From Candidatus Iainarchaeum sp. (GTDB lineage: Archaea > Iainarchaeota > Iainarchaeia > Iainarchaeales > VGJJ01), in contig JAUYHT010000002.1 in NCBI GenBank assembly GCA_030688545.1, positions 386,566 to 418,565 of the forward strand: 32,000 nt of DNA, read 5' to 3'. The translations under genes and the position numbers were made by a program. Position 1 is the stretch's first letter. Each line of letters starts with the position of its first letter. Below the pieces are notes generated by a model. It had not been told where the DNA came from and did no database searches. It saw nothing but the letters and a program-made list of their open reading frames with translations. Positions 1 through 8,633 of the stretch are shown one piece after another.

Positions 1-125
1 ATGTGGACGTCGAAGGCTTTTAGGACACCACGGAATTGAAGATTGCCCTTGAGCTCAACTAACACGTTTTTACCGATGCTCTCGTTCAGCAGGTCGAAGG
101 GTCTGGATGGGGTTTGATTGGCCAT
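1..125 (-). CDS. Sm-like (LSm/SmAP) RNA-binding protein, N-terminal part; the gene runs off the left edge
   Basis: Absent from the ORF track because there is no stop in the window. Reverse-strand ATG at 125-123 with GGAGG about 10 nt upstream. My translation, MANQTPSRPFDLLNESIGKNVLVELKGNLQFRGVLKAFDVH, fits the Sm1 motif pattern (P-x-D-L-L ... V-x-L-K-G ... G-x-L-x-x-F-D-x-H). Confidence 0.7.
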   Translation of the reverse strand, partial: MANQTPSRPFDLLNESIGKNVLVELKGNLQFRGVLKAFDVH

Positions 126-350
126 GGTACTATTCCTCCAAGAAAAGAATGGTTGATAGGAGACTGGATGACCAAAACTACTTAAATAAACACCCATGGG
201 GGGGATTTTCACCACTATTTCAATGACTTCCTCCCCACCCTAAAGGGTGGGGTATCCAACAAATAGAAAACGCCACCTGCGCGCGAGATCGCTCGCCAAA
301 CAATGGGCGACGAATGGCGCCCTAAAGGGCGAGGAATCCATCTTTTTCCC

Positions 351-384
351 CGGGCTTTTTTCTAAAAAGCCCGATTGAAAAAAA
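351..384 (-). terminator. Putative terminator after minD: T7 run followed by a perfect 10-bp hairpin
   Basis: On the minus strand a TTTTTTT run (plus-strand A-run 378-384) starts 2 nt after the minD TAG stop. It is followed by the inverted repeat CGGGCTTTTT (351-360) / AAAAAGCCCG (364-373) with a 3-nt loop. Oligo-T runs are the usual archaeal termination signal. Confidence 0.45.
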
Positions 385-386
385 GC

Positions 387-2618
387 CTATACTTTCATCT
401 CTTCCACGCCACTGCCCTTCTTTCCCCCGAAGAGACGGGAGAAGAAAGAGGCGATGGATGCCAGAATCCCTTGGCGTGGGGTAGGATGGGAGTCCCCGTG
501 AATGGGTAAACCCGCGAGTCGGGCAGCGAGCTTCTGAACTTCAATGCATGATTTGGCCTGGGGGTTGCGGAGGATGACGGGCACCACTTTATCCTTGATG
601 AAGGAGTGACGCATCTCCACATCATACGGGATGACCGCGTAAACCGGGAGCTCGAGCATGCGAGAGACTTCATCTTTGGAAATTTCCCCCTTCTCGAAAT
701 GCACCATGTTGAGGACAATGCCAAGGGGCTTGCTGCCCAGGCGCTGGGCGACAATCTTGGTTTTCAAAACGTCCGCGATGGATGGGGAATCGGGAGTCGC
801 GATGAGCAAACATTCATCCGTGGCCGCGATGGACGCCAGAACGGATTTCTCGATGCCAGCGGGGCCGTCGAGGATAACAAAATCGTATTTATGCTGGATG
901 GACTTGATGATGGAGGAAAGCCTGTCCGCGTCGACGCGGCGATAGTTCTCAAGAGATAATCCAGAAGGAATAAGTTTCAGGCCGGCCGGACCATCGTACA
1001 ACGCATCCTGCACCCCCGCTTCCCCGAGGAGGACATCATGCAGAGTGATGGGAGAGGACTGCATCCCCAGCAACAAGGAAAGGTTGGCCATGGCGATATC
1101 CGCGTCAACCAAACAAACGGAGACTCCGCGCTGGGCGAGCGCGATGCCCAAGTTGGCGGCGATGGAGGTATTGGAACATAGGATTCCCGTGGCATGGGCG
1201 AAATGCCCGCCATAATCCGTTATCTGGAAATCATACACATAGGGATGATCGTAGGGAATTCGTTTTACCTCTTCCACGCGGCGAAATTCAACATTATCAT
1301 TCAGCATTTGCTCCAGCCAGGACAGGAGGGGGTGCTGAACCATCAAACGACGATACACTTCCAAATACCGTCGGACAGCCCCTTTGGAAAGGGCATAATA
1401 TTCCCACTCGTATTCGTACACCATCTGCTTGGTGCAACCCAATTCCTTTCCGATCTGTAGACCCGTGTACCCGGCATCCATGCGAATTTGCTTTAGGAGT
1501 TTTCCCACAGGGTACACATCAATATTCGTGTTCTCAACCGCTGGACTCTGAAGCTGATCAAGGAGGCGGAATGCTTTCCTTTTTCCCGTGAATCCAATGT
1601 AATCCGAATATCGTTGGGCATTAGCCCCTGTAATGTAAATACGCCAATAGGGTTGTTTGGAGGCCATTCTCCCATTGGTGGCCATTTTATAGGTCAATTT
1701 TATCTGGGAAGAGATTCCGAAACGCGTGCGCAAAATCGAGGCCACCTGGAATGCCAATTTCTTCGATTTGGTATCCAGTTCGATTTCCCGTCGATTGATG
1801 TTCACCGTCCCATCCGTATCAAAAAGACCCCTTAGGAAGGCGGCAATGGATGGGTTTTGGGAATGGAATAGAGCGGTTGGCACCTCCTTCTCCCCGGCCA
1901 AGGCTATTTTTACCCCATACTTCATGAAAAGATCGCGAATGGTTTTCTTTTTGTACTGGCTGAAAACATGCAGCCCACGATCCATATTTTCATGGATTTC
2001 CCCAAAAACATCTTTGTATGCGTTCCGAATGTTATCCGCCAAGTCTCCGGGCTCGGCACAGATGGAAATACGGTTCGCCTCCATATGCCCATCCCCGATA
2101 ACGTATCCCAACCACGTAGCAATAGGGATAGGAACACCCTCAGCATTCTCCTGATCATAAACGCCCTTGTGCAACACCAAATAATCTTTCGCTGGGATAA
2201 TCGCGTCGGCCCGGATTTTCTGCAAACGACCAGACCGCATCACAATGAAATGGTGTTCGGGCGTGACGGAAACACTCCCTGCCGCACAGGAAACGGTGAG
2301 CAACTCCTTGGGAGCTGGCTTACGCATCAAATGAACGGGTTTATCCTGGAAATGCACGACCTTCTGGTTCTCCTCCGAAAACAAAAAAGCGTGAAGCTGC
2401 AAATCGCCTGGCGAATCGAGGACCTCAAACACTTCTTCCAAACCATCAACAGTTTTCACGATGGCTTTCTTCACGGCTAATGGGTTCTGGGCGATGAGGG
2501 AATCGATGTACGGGCCGATTTGAATGATATCCCCATTCGCCAATGAGATGAACTCATCCTTATGAAGGCTCTTCCCCACGCCGCCCTTCCCCGAAACAAT
2601 AGTGATACTGCGACCCAT
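387..2618 (-). CDS. minD: MinD/ParA-family ATPase interrupted by a 467-aa intein (extein is 16 + 260 aa)
   Basis: The N-terminus SGKGGVGK (deviant Walker A with signature Lys) resumes as TSIAANLGIALAQRGVSVCLVDADIAMANLSLLLG. It also has DFVILDGPAGIE (Walker B region) and a C-terminal amphipathic segment, GILASIASFFSRLFGGKK, that resembles a MinD membrane-targeting helix. Confidence 0.9.
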   Translation of the reverse strand: MGRSITIVSGKGGVGKSLHKDEFISLANGDIIQIGPYIDSLIAQNPLAVKKAIVKTVDGLEEVFEVLDSPGDLQLHAFLFSEENQKVVHFQDKPVHLMRKPAPKELLTVSCAAGSVSVTPEHHFIVMRSGRLQKIRADAIIPAKDYLVLHKGVYDQENAEGVPIPIATWLGYVIGDGHMEANRISICAEPGDLADNIRNAYKDVFGEIHENMDRGLHVFSQYKKKTIRDLFMKYGVKIALAGEKEVPTALFHSQNPSIAAFLRGLFDTDGTVNINRREIELDTKSKKLAFQVASILRTRFGISSQIKLTYKMATNGRMASKQPYWRIYITGANAQRYSDYIGFTGKRKAFRLLDQLQSPAVENTNIDVYPVGKLLKQIRMDAGYTGLQIGKELGCTKQMVYEYEWEYYALSKGAVRRYLEVYRRLMVQHPLLSWLEQMLNDNVEFRRVEEVKRIPYDHPYVYDFQITDYGGHFAHATGILCSNTSIAANLGIALAQRGVSVCLVDADIAMANLSLLLGMQSSPITLHDVLLGEAGVQDALYDGPAGLKLIPSGLSLENYRRVDADRLSSIIKSIQHKYDFVILDGPAGIEKSVLASIAATDECLLIATPDSPSIADVLKTKIVAQRLGSKPLGIVLNMVHFEKGEISKDEVSRMLELPVYAVIPYDVEMRHSFIKDKVVPVILRNPQAKSCIEVQKLAARLAGLPIHGDSHPTPRQGILASIASFFSRLFGGKKGSGVEEMKV
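1170..2570 (-). mobile_element. Intein with LAGLIDADG homing endonuclease, inserted in the MinD Walker A loop (GKGGVGK | intein | TSIAANL)
   Basis: Junction codons were checked on the DNA: Asn codon at 1170-1172 and Thr(+1) at 1167-1169. Block A-like start SLHKDEFI (Ser1), block B TPEHH, LAGLIDADG motifs LGYVIGDGHM and LRGLFDTDGTV, C-terminal block VYDFQITDYGGHFAHATGILCSN followed by T. Confidence 0.85.
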
Positions 2619-2725
2619 GGATGCTCACTCAATAGGATGTAGAAAGGGTTTAGGCATTTAAAGGAACGCGTGGGTCCCCGCTAAAATAAGAACGCAGGGG
2701 TGGATTGGGGAAATAAAAGCCCTCG

Positions 2726-3724
2726 CTAATAGAAAGGCCTTTTGGCAAATAACCCTTTTTCTTTGATGAATTTGGACAGGGACATAGCCCTTGCCTGCCG
2801 CTCGAGAGCAAACAAGTCATCCGCTGCTTCGAATGGATCTTTCTTCTGGGTTTTGGGATTTAGCATACCACAAACTAGAACGGCCAGCATTTTTTCAGGT
2901 GTGAGGTGAAGGGGATATCGGTATACTGTTTCACCAAGGGTGCCGCTGTAATAGGATATTCGATGGATGCATTTGTTTATCTGTCCCCGCAAATCGGGCG
3001 AAGTGGTGCGACGGGTGTAGAGGTATAACAATTGGCGCGCCGATTCGGGGGTGCCAATCTTTCCTAAAGTGTGAAGAACTTGGAAACGAGAACGTGGGAA
3101 AAGATGAAGACACCGGAACAAGGTGGCACGCGTTGTTTCATCGGAGAATCGTTCCAGTCGCTCAATCGCCAATTCCCTATTCGCCAGAGTGGGGTCGTGC
3201 AGTGACACGAACCGGAGCAGATCGCGGGTGAGGGGATGATCTATCATGCTGACGCGCATGAGCGCCCGATACCGGATGGAATGAATAGGATCTCGGAGGG
3301 CCGCATAGGCTAAATATGGAAACGATTTGCTTGGATGAGGCACTCCTTTCAAGAATAGCCAGCTCCCGAAAAGGTCCGTTGATCGTGGGGCACTTTCCAT
3401 TTCCTCCCGACCCATCTCAACAATTGCCTCTATGCGGAGACCACGTTTTTCTTGGGAATCCAGACTGCGCACAAATTGTTCGATAAAACGAAGATCTCTC
3501 CCGGGAGGGAGCTGGGCCTTGCCAGCATAGGCCGGGACATTCATGAACATCCGCCGCCAGAGCCGGTCGTACCACTGTATCAACAACCGACGGCGCTCAG
3601 GAGGAGTGGAATCCGGTAATCTGGATTTGAGAGCTCGAGCACGGGAACGCAATGTTTTCCGCCCGCGTGGATGAGAAGCCGGCATGGAGAGAAGATCGGC
3701 TCCTCCCATAAAAGGATTGCTCAA
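2726..3724 (-). CDS. Hypothetical protein with HEAT/PBS-lyase-like helical repeats
   Basis: 332-aa ORF whose start overlaps the upstream ORF's stop by 4 nt. Repeated helical units such as DPIHSIRYRALMRVSMI, DPTLANRELAIERLERF and FQVLHTLGKIGTPESARQLL resemble HEAT_2-type repeats. This is a motif-level call only. Confidence 0.55.
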   Translation of the reverse strand: MSNPFMGGADLLSMPASHPRGRKTLRSRARALKSRLPDSTPPERRRLLIQWYDRLWRRMFMNVPAYAGKAQLPPGRDLRFIEQFVRSLDSQEKRGLRIEAIVEMGREEMESAPRSTDLFGSWLFLKGVPHPSKSFPYLAYAALRDPIHSIRYRALMRVSMIDHPLTRDLLRFVSLHDPTLANRELAIERLERFSDETTRATLFRCLHLFPRSRFQVLHTLGKIGTPESARQLLYLYTRRTTSPDLRGQINKCIHRISYYSGTLGETVYRYPLHLTPEKMLAVLVCGMLNPKTQKKDPFEAADDLFALERQARAMSLSKFIKEKGLFAKRPFY

Positions 3725-4182
3725 TCCCCATGCGCCTTGAGAAAGGATTCGATTTCCCTGGCGAGGACCCTGAGCTCGACGGTGGTCAGATCGGAGGTGG
3801 CGCGGACGATGTAGACCTTTTCCTGGTGGGGGAAAACCATGAACCAGCGGTCTTTCTCTTTCACGAGGATGGTTTCAGATTCGGGGAGCTCGGATTTGAC
3901 ATAGTTGAACATGGATGAACCGATGATGGCCTCTGAGAAATCATTTTCATCCGTGGAGATGACGATGCTCCCATTGGGAGAACAGATGCAAATGGAATCC
4001 ACCAAATGTTTTTTCTTCATGGACTGCATGAGTTCCTGGAGGGAGGAGGTATTCAATTCATAGCGGTGGCGGGAAAGAAAATTCTTGAGGAGATGCATCT
4101 GGTCACGCGGTACTTTGTGGTCATCCACATCCAAAACCTTGCGGGTGATGTTGTCCAACAATCCCCTCATTTTGCCAAACAT
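3721..4182 (-). CDS. Roadblock/LC7 (MglB-like) domain protein, putative
   Basis: The core LQELMQSMKKKHLVDSICICSPNGSIVISTDEND...IIGSSMF...ILVKEKDRWFMVFPHQEKVYIVRATSDLTTVELRVLAREIESFL follows the alpha-beta-beta-alpha-beta-beta-beta-alpha spacing typical of Roadblock/LC7. No search was run. Confidence 0.5.
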   Translation of the reverse strand: MFGKMRGLLDNITRKVLDVDDHKVPRDQMHLLKNFLSRHRYELNTSSLQELMQSMKKKHLVDSICICSPNGSIVISTDENDFSEAIIGSSMFNYVKSELPESETILVKEKDRWFMVFPHQEKVYIVRATSDLTTVELRVLAREIESFLKAHGD

Positions 4183-4214
4183 ACAGGAAGAGGGACCGCT
4201 ATCAATACAAAAAC

Positions 4215-4709
4215 CTATCTTCCTATACCCGCCAGCCCGAATTTCTTGAAAAGAGACTCCTTGGACTGGGATTCCTCGGGGCGGGTCCCCTGGAGCACGG
4301 TTCGGATGAGCTGAGGGTCAAATGGCTTGATGAAAGGAGAAAACTGGCCCTTGGATAAGGGTTTGGATAACGCGAGCTTGCCATTGAAAGCCATGACTAA
4401 GTCAACCTGCTGCAAGGATAAGGAAACGATGTCGATGACGGTGTGTTCGGCGGCCATGGCGTTGAAGACATGAGGAAGGGATTCTGACCCATAAAGAATT
4501 TTGGAGACACCATGGTATTCAAACACCCCCCCCATGCCCTGGCCGACGCGGAAGAGGAGGGCTCCTTCGTCTACGCCTATTTCGGATAGGGTGGAGAGGA
4601 TAAGGTAGCCGGAAAAGGTGTCACGTGCCAGGATATCCAACTCCTTTTTGGCATCGAACTGGCGGGATGACTGGCCCTGGGCCTTGAAAACACCCGTGGG
4701 GAGGTTCAT
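4215..4709 (-). CDS. Hypothetical protein, first gene of the minD cluster
   Basis: 164-aa ORF with protein-like composition. The pattern GYLILSTLSEIGVDEGALLFRVGQGMGGVFEYHG recalls DUF4388/DUF2226-type domains that accompany Roadblock proteins in archaea, but I cannot confirm this by eye. Confidence 0.5.
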   Translation of the reverse strand: MNLPTGVFKAQGQSSRQFDAKKELDILARDTFSGYLILSTLSEIGVDEGALLFRVGQGMGGVFEYHGVSKILYGSESLPHVFNAMAAEHTVIDIVSLSLQQVDLVMAFNGKLALSKPLSKGQFSPFIKPFDPQLIRTVLQGTRPEESQSKESLFKKFGLAGIGR

Positions 4710-4784
4710 GGAAGCAAAATGGGTGGGGAGTTATTAAGGGTGGGGGAATGGTGCCATGTCGTGGGAGCGGCGGTACCATCGCGC

Positions 4785-4792
4785 TTTAAAAA
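4785..4792 (+). promoter_or_regulatory. Putative TATA box for aIF5A
   Basis: TTTAAAAA lies about 35 nt upstream of the ATG at 4827. A purine-rich SD-like GGAAGAGGAAAGG lies between them. Confidence 0.35.
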
Positions 4793-4826
4793 AAGACCCT
4801 CATCGTGATTGGGAAGAGGAAAGGAA

Positions 4827-5231
4827 ATGAGCGAAATCAAATTCACCCCTGTTGGTCAACTCCGGGAAGGGGGCTACGTGCTGATCGACGGGAACGTGTG
4901 CCAGATTAAGTCCATGGAGAAGAGCAAGCCGGGAAAGCACGGATCGGCGAAAGCGCGGATATCCGCGATGGGATTATTCGACAACCAGAAAAGGAATCTC
5001 ATGGCCCCCGTGCATGCGGATGCGGAAGTGCCAATAGTTGAGCGTGGAAATGCCCAGGTTATTGCGGTGGTGGGAGGACAATTGCAGATCATGGATATGG
5101 AATCGTATGAGATGACCAATGTTCCCAAATCCACTGAACTGAAAGACCTCAAAGCCGGGGATGAAGTGGAATACTTGAAATACGACAAGAACTTCAAGAT
5201 CCTTCGCAAGCGGGGCGAGACGCAAGGATAA
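4827..5231 (+). CDS. eif5a: Translation initiation factor 5A (aIF5A)
   Basis: Hypusine-loop motif SKPGKHGSAKARI and OB-fold C-terminal half. I prefer the ATG at 4827 (MSEIKF) over the track's TTG at 4809. Confidence 0.9.
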   Translation: MSEIKFTPVGQLREGGYVLIDGNVCQIKSMEKSKPGKHGSAKARISAMGLFDNQKRNLMAPVHADAEVPIVERGNAQVIAVVGGQLQIMDMESYEMTNVPKSTELKDLKAGDEVEYLKYDKNFKILRKRGETQG

Positions 5232-5306
5232 AGAAAACATCCGCCCGAAAAAAATTCTATCTTTTCTCCAAGGGATTGGCCAGGAGCCCTCCAGAAGCCT
5301 TGAACC

Positions 5307-5314
5307 TATATAAA
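5307..5314 (+). promoter_or_regulatory. Canonical TATA box (TATATAAA); the spacing implies a leaderless or near-leaderless mRNA for the surface protein
   Basis: TATATAAA ends 23 nt before the ATG at 5338. Archaeal transcription start sites lie roughly 25 nt downstream of the TATA box. Confidence 0.45.
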
Positions 5315-5337
5315 GAGGCAGTCCTTTCTCGGGGAGT

Positions 5338-7011
5338 ATGCGCACCGCATGGAAAGCTGGGCTGATTCTCTTATTCGCCGTCGCGATGATGCAAACGGCA
5401 CATGCGGATTTGGTTTGTGGAACGAACGTTTTGCCAAATTCGGTGATTGTCCTAAAGTTATCCAGCAGCACAAACGCCCATGCCGAGCTGCCCACTCAAA
5501 ACAATTATTCGGTAAACATCTATTGCCATGAAACAAGCGGCGTGACTTTATTTAATGACGGTTCAAACAACCCGGTCACGCTGTTGAAATTATCATCCAA
5601 CACCAATGCCCATGGGGAGGAGCCGGACCTCACGAATTATCCTTTTTCTGTACAATTAGGGCACAATGGACCAGCGGGGTCTACTATTGTAGTTAATGTG
5701 GCGGATGCCACCCAAGGACAGAGCTGTGCATCTATACCAGGTGGACTTATCTACACAGAAGTGGTTAGACTATCACGATCAACCAATGCCCATTTACAAG
5801 CACCAAATTTTGTGGGTTCGAGTCCTTATGATATTATCATTTGTGCGGCTTATAATTCTGGAGGATCCTTCGTAGCAGGGGACATAATAGAAACCACCAT
5901 CCCCTCCTCTACTATATTTCCAACTGGCCTCGAGGTAAATCAAACAGGGGATGTAACGATCCGAACCGATAACTTGGTCGATAACATATCAGAATATACC
6001 CGAGTGGCGACGCTTCAGATTGTGGCAATCTGTGATTTGACCGATTCAAAATGTCAGAATCTAAATAACGGACGTGCCGATTATAGTTTAACTAAAACTG
6101 AAATTGAAAATTTATTTAGTGGAAATTCATCTTCGATTATTGGCAATAGCATCCACCTAATCGAGTATTCAGAACCATCTGGTAGTTTAACCTATGACCC
6201 AATCTATACCGCCTATTCAACCTTTTTATCCAATAATTACCCTTTAGCGAGTTATGAAAAATTGAATCAGCTTGATGGCACTCCGGCAGTATCTTGGAAT
6301 TATACGGTCGATCCAAGACCAACAGCATTGAATTTAGTGGTTGGTCAATCGTATCGAGTAATCGCATTCAATTATTTGGCTGAATATGACCACACATCCC
6401 CACTCTTTAATGAAATTGAGGGTTGGCGATACCGGATCGATAATGCGTTCACATTCGATTTTGATGTCGTCCCCCCCAGCGGAGGCGGCAGTGTGGTCGG
6501 AAGCGGGGGCGACATTTACATCCTGAAGGATATTGCGTTCCCGAACCTGTTTAGGGGGAATAATATTGATATTGAAATCACGGCGGAAAACCTGAAGTTT
6601 GGGGATCCCAATTATCCAAGTGTTGAAAACGCCGAGGTCCAGATATATATCCGTGACTCGAAAGGGGCGGGAATCCAATCGTACCAGCCGCTAACGCAAT
6701 CTATCACATTCGATAACCAGGTTGAAACGTTTACGTTCACACTAGAACAAGTGAGTGTACCGCCTGCACCGGTTTTCGCATTGGGAGAAACGCACACGGC
6801 GTACGTGGCTATAACACCTTATCAGGATAGGGATCCTACTCCCCCGGATTACAGTGAGACCCTTCACTTGAACAACACGGGGTTCAGGACGTTCGCGGTG
6901 GTGCAGGCCCCGCAGGCGGTGAGTGTGCCGGACGCCCCATGGTGGATTAATATGGTGGTGTTGGGGATGGTGTTGGGATTCTTGTTTTTGGGAATGCGGA
7001 AGAGGAAATAG
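5338..7011 (+). CDS. Secreted, C-terminally membrane-anchored surface protein with three LS-x-x-TNAH repeat modules
   Basis: N-terminal signal peptide MRTAWKAGLILLFAVAMMQTAHA. C-terminal TM segment plus basic tail, WWINMVVLGMVLGFLFLGMRKRK. Three repeats: VLKLSSSTNAHAE, LLKLSSNTNAHGE and VVRLSRSTNAHLQ. The middle region is rich in N, S and T. Confidence 0.85.
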   Translation: MRTAWKAGLILLFAVAMMQTAHADLVCGTNVLPNSVIVLKLSSSTNAHAELPTQNNYSVNIYCHETSGVTLFNDGSNNPVTLLKLSSNTNAHGEEPDLTNYPFSVQLGHNGPAGSTIVVNVADATQGQSCASIPGGLIYTEVVRLSRSTNAHLQAPNFVGSSPYDIIICAAYNSGGSFVAGDIIETTIPSSTIFPTGLEVNQTGDVTIRTDNLVDNISEYTRVATLQIVAICDLTDSKCQNLNNGRADYSLTKTEIENLFSGNSSSIIGNSIHLIEYSEPSGSLTYDPIYTAYSTFLSNNYPLASYEKLNQLDGTPAVSWNYTVDPRPTALNLVVGQSYRVIAFNYLAEYDHTSPLFNEIEGWRYRIDNAFTFDFDVVPPSGGGSVVGSGGDIYILKDIAFPNLFRGNNIDIEITAENLKFGDPNYPSVENAEVQIYIRDSKGAGIQSYQPLTQSITFDNQVETFTFTLEQVSVPPAPVFALGETHTAYVAITPYQDRDPTPPDYSETLHLNNTGFRTFAVVQAPQAVSVPDAPWWINMVVLGMVLGFLFLGMRKRK

Positions 7012-7015
7012 GTAT

Positions 7016-8542
7016 CTAGGTGGCCGGGAGCTCTTTCTTGGCGAACATGACGGGTCCTTTGATTATGGGTTTGTTTTTCAGGTCGAGGGGGGTTTGAAGG
7101 GAGGAAAAGGAGGGTGGGGGAAAACCAAATTGGGTGGAGATGGCGGAAGAGGATAGGGGAAGGATGGGAGTAATCAGGATGGCGATGCGGCGCAGCAACT
7201 CCACTTCCGTGGCGAGGAGGGATTCCACCTCAGAACGCTTTCCCTCTTTCATCTTTTTCCAGGGTTCCTGCGTGGCGATGGATTGGTTGCCCAATGTCAC
7301 GAGTTTCCAGGTGTGAACGAGGGCCGATTGAAGATCATGGGCGAGGTAGGATTGGTAGGCGGCGGCCGAATGAGTGGTGGATTCCGCGAGAATAGAGGGG
7401 TCCAAGGGGGCAGGAGGAATAGTACTATGGCAATATTTCTCGAGCATGGATAGGACGCGATAAACGAGATTTCCCAGGCCGTCAGCCAGGTCGCTATTGG
7501 CGCGGGCGAGGAGGTTTTTCTCCGAAAAAGACAGGTCATTTCCAATGGGAGTTTCGCGGAGGAAATAATAGCGGATGGCCTCGATGCCATACCGGGAAAT
7601 AAGAAGTTGGGGGTCGATAAAATTACCAATGGATTTGGACAGCTTTTGACCCTTTTCATCATTTATGAAGCCGTGGACCAATATTTGCTTGGGTAAAGGA
7701 AGCCCTGCGGAGAGGAGCATGGCCGGCCATAAGAGGGAGTGGAAACGGTTGACATCCATGCCAATCACATGAATGTCAGCCGGCCAGAATGCTTCATATT
7801 CATCATTGGGGTAGCCGGTGACGGTGAGATAATTCACGAGGGCATCGGACCAAACATATATGGTGTGAGACTCGTCGAAGGGGAGGGGAATCCCCCATTC
7901 CACGGATTTGCGGGAGAAGGAAATATCTTTCAACCCTTGTTTCATGAATTGATCCATCTCGTGTTTGCGGAAGGAGGGAATGATGTTTGAAGGGAATTGG
8001 GCATACCACTCCTGGAGGGCTTGTTGATAGGCGCTCCAGCGGAAGAAATAGGATTCTTCCTTCACTTTTTTAACCGGTTTTCCGCAATGGGGATTGGGAC
8101 AAACAGTGACACCGTCTATTTTGAGCAGATCCTTTTCAGTCCAAAAAGTCTCGTCGGAGACACAGTACCAGCCCTCATAATCGCCCTTGTAGAGGTCACC
8201 TTTATCATAAAGGATTTGAATGAAATGCTGGGCCGCGTGGATGTGGTTTTCATCCGTGGTGCGGATAAATGTATCGTAGGAAATGAGAGCGGCGTCCAGA
8301 ATGGATTTGAAACGGGTGGCCATCTCGTCCACGAATTGGTTGGGGGGTTTCCCCGCGGCGCGGGCATATTCTAAAATTTTCTCTCCATGATCATCGGTGC
8401 CCACCGAGAACAACACCTTTTCCCCATTCAACCGATGCACGCGCGCAAGAACATCCGCGAGGGTCTTTTCATAGAGATGGCCCAGGTGGAGATTGGCATT
8501 GGGATAATCGATGGCGCAGGAGATGAAGAAACCCTTGGGCAT
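7016..8542 (-). CDS. metG: Methionyl-tRNA synthetase (short form, no C-terminal appended domain)
   Basis: Class I signatures: HLGH in YPNANLHLGHLYE and KMSKS-type KLSKSIGN. MetRS-like body including WYCVSDETFW. Confidence 0.93.
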   Translation of the reverse strand: MPKGFFISCAIDYPNANLHLGHLYEKTLADVLARVHRLNGEKVLFSVGTDDHGEKILEYARAAGKPPNQFVDEMATRFKSILDAALISYDTFIRTTDENHIHAAQHFIQILYDKGDLYKGDYEGWYCVSDETFWTEKDLLKIDGVTVCPNPHCGKPVKKVKEESYFFRWSAYQQALQEWYAQFPSNIIPSFRKHEMDQFMKQGLKDISFSRKSVEWGIPLPFDESHTIYVWSDALVNYLTVTGYPNDEYEAFWPADIHVIGMDVNRFHSLLWPAMLLSAGLPLPKQILVHGFINDEKGQKLSKSIGNFIDPQLLISRYGIEAIRYYFLRETPIGNDLSFSEKNLLARANSDLADGLGNLVYRVLSMLEKYCHSTIPPAPLDPSILAESTTHSAAAYQSYLAHDLQSALVHTWKLVTLGNQSIATQEPWKKMKEGKRSEVESLLATEVELLRRIAILITPILPLSSSAISTQFGFPPPSFSSLQTPLDLKNKPIIKGPVMFAKKELPAT

Positions 8543-8633
8543 ATGAAGGAAGGAAGGGAAAAAAGGAGTTAAAAGGGTATTACGAAGAGATGAGGGGGAG
8601 GATGGGAGTGCGGGATTGAAGACCTATTCACGT

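Noticed and set aside
233-331. Two short hairpins with TAAA loops, CCCCACCC-TAAA-GGGTGGGG at 233-252 and CGCCC-TAAA-GGGCG at 318-331. A similar hairpin, TCGCCC-TCAAG-GGGCGA, lies upstream of the tRNA near 25480. I considered these as a dispersed repeat family, an ncRNA or a tRNA fragment.
   Set aside because: The stems are only 5-8 bp. I could not fold a tRNA, an H/ACA or a C/D-box RNA around them. The shared flanking 10-mer (GGAATCCATC-like) is expected by chance many times in 32 kb. They are most simply local terminator or spacer structure.
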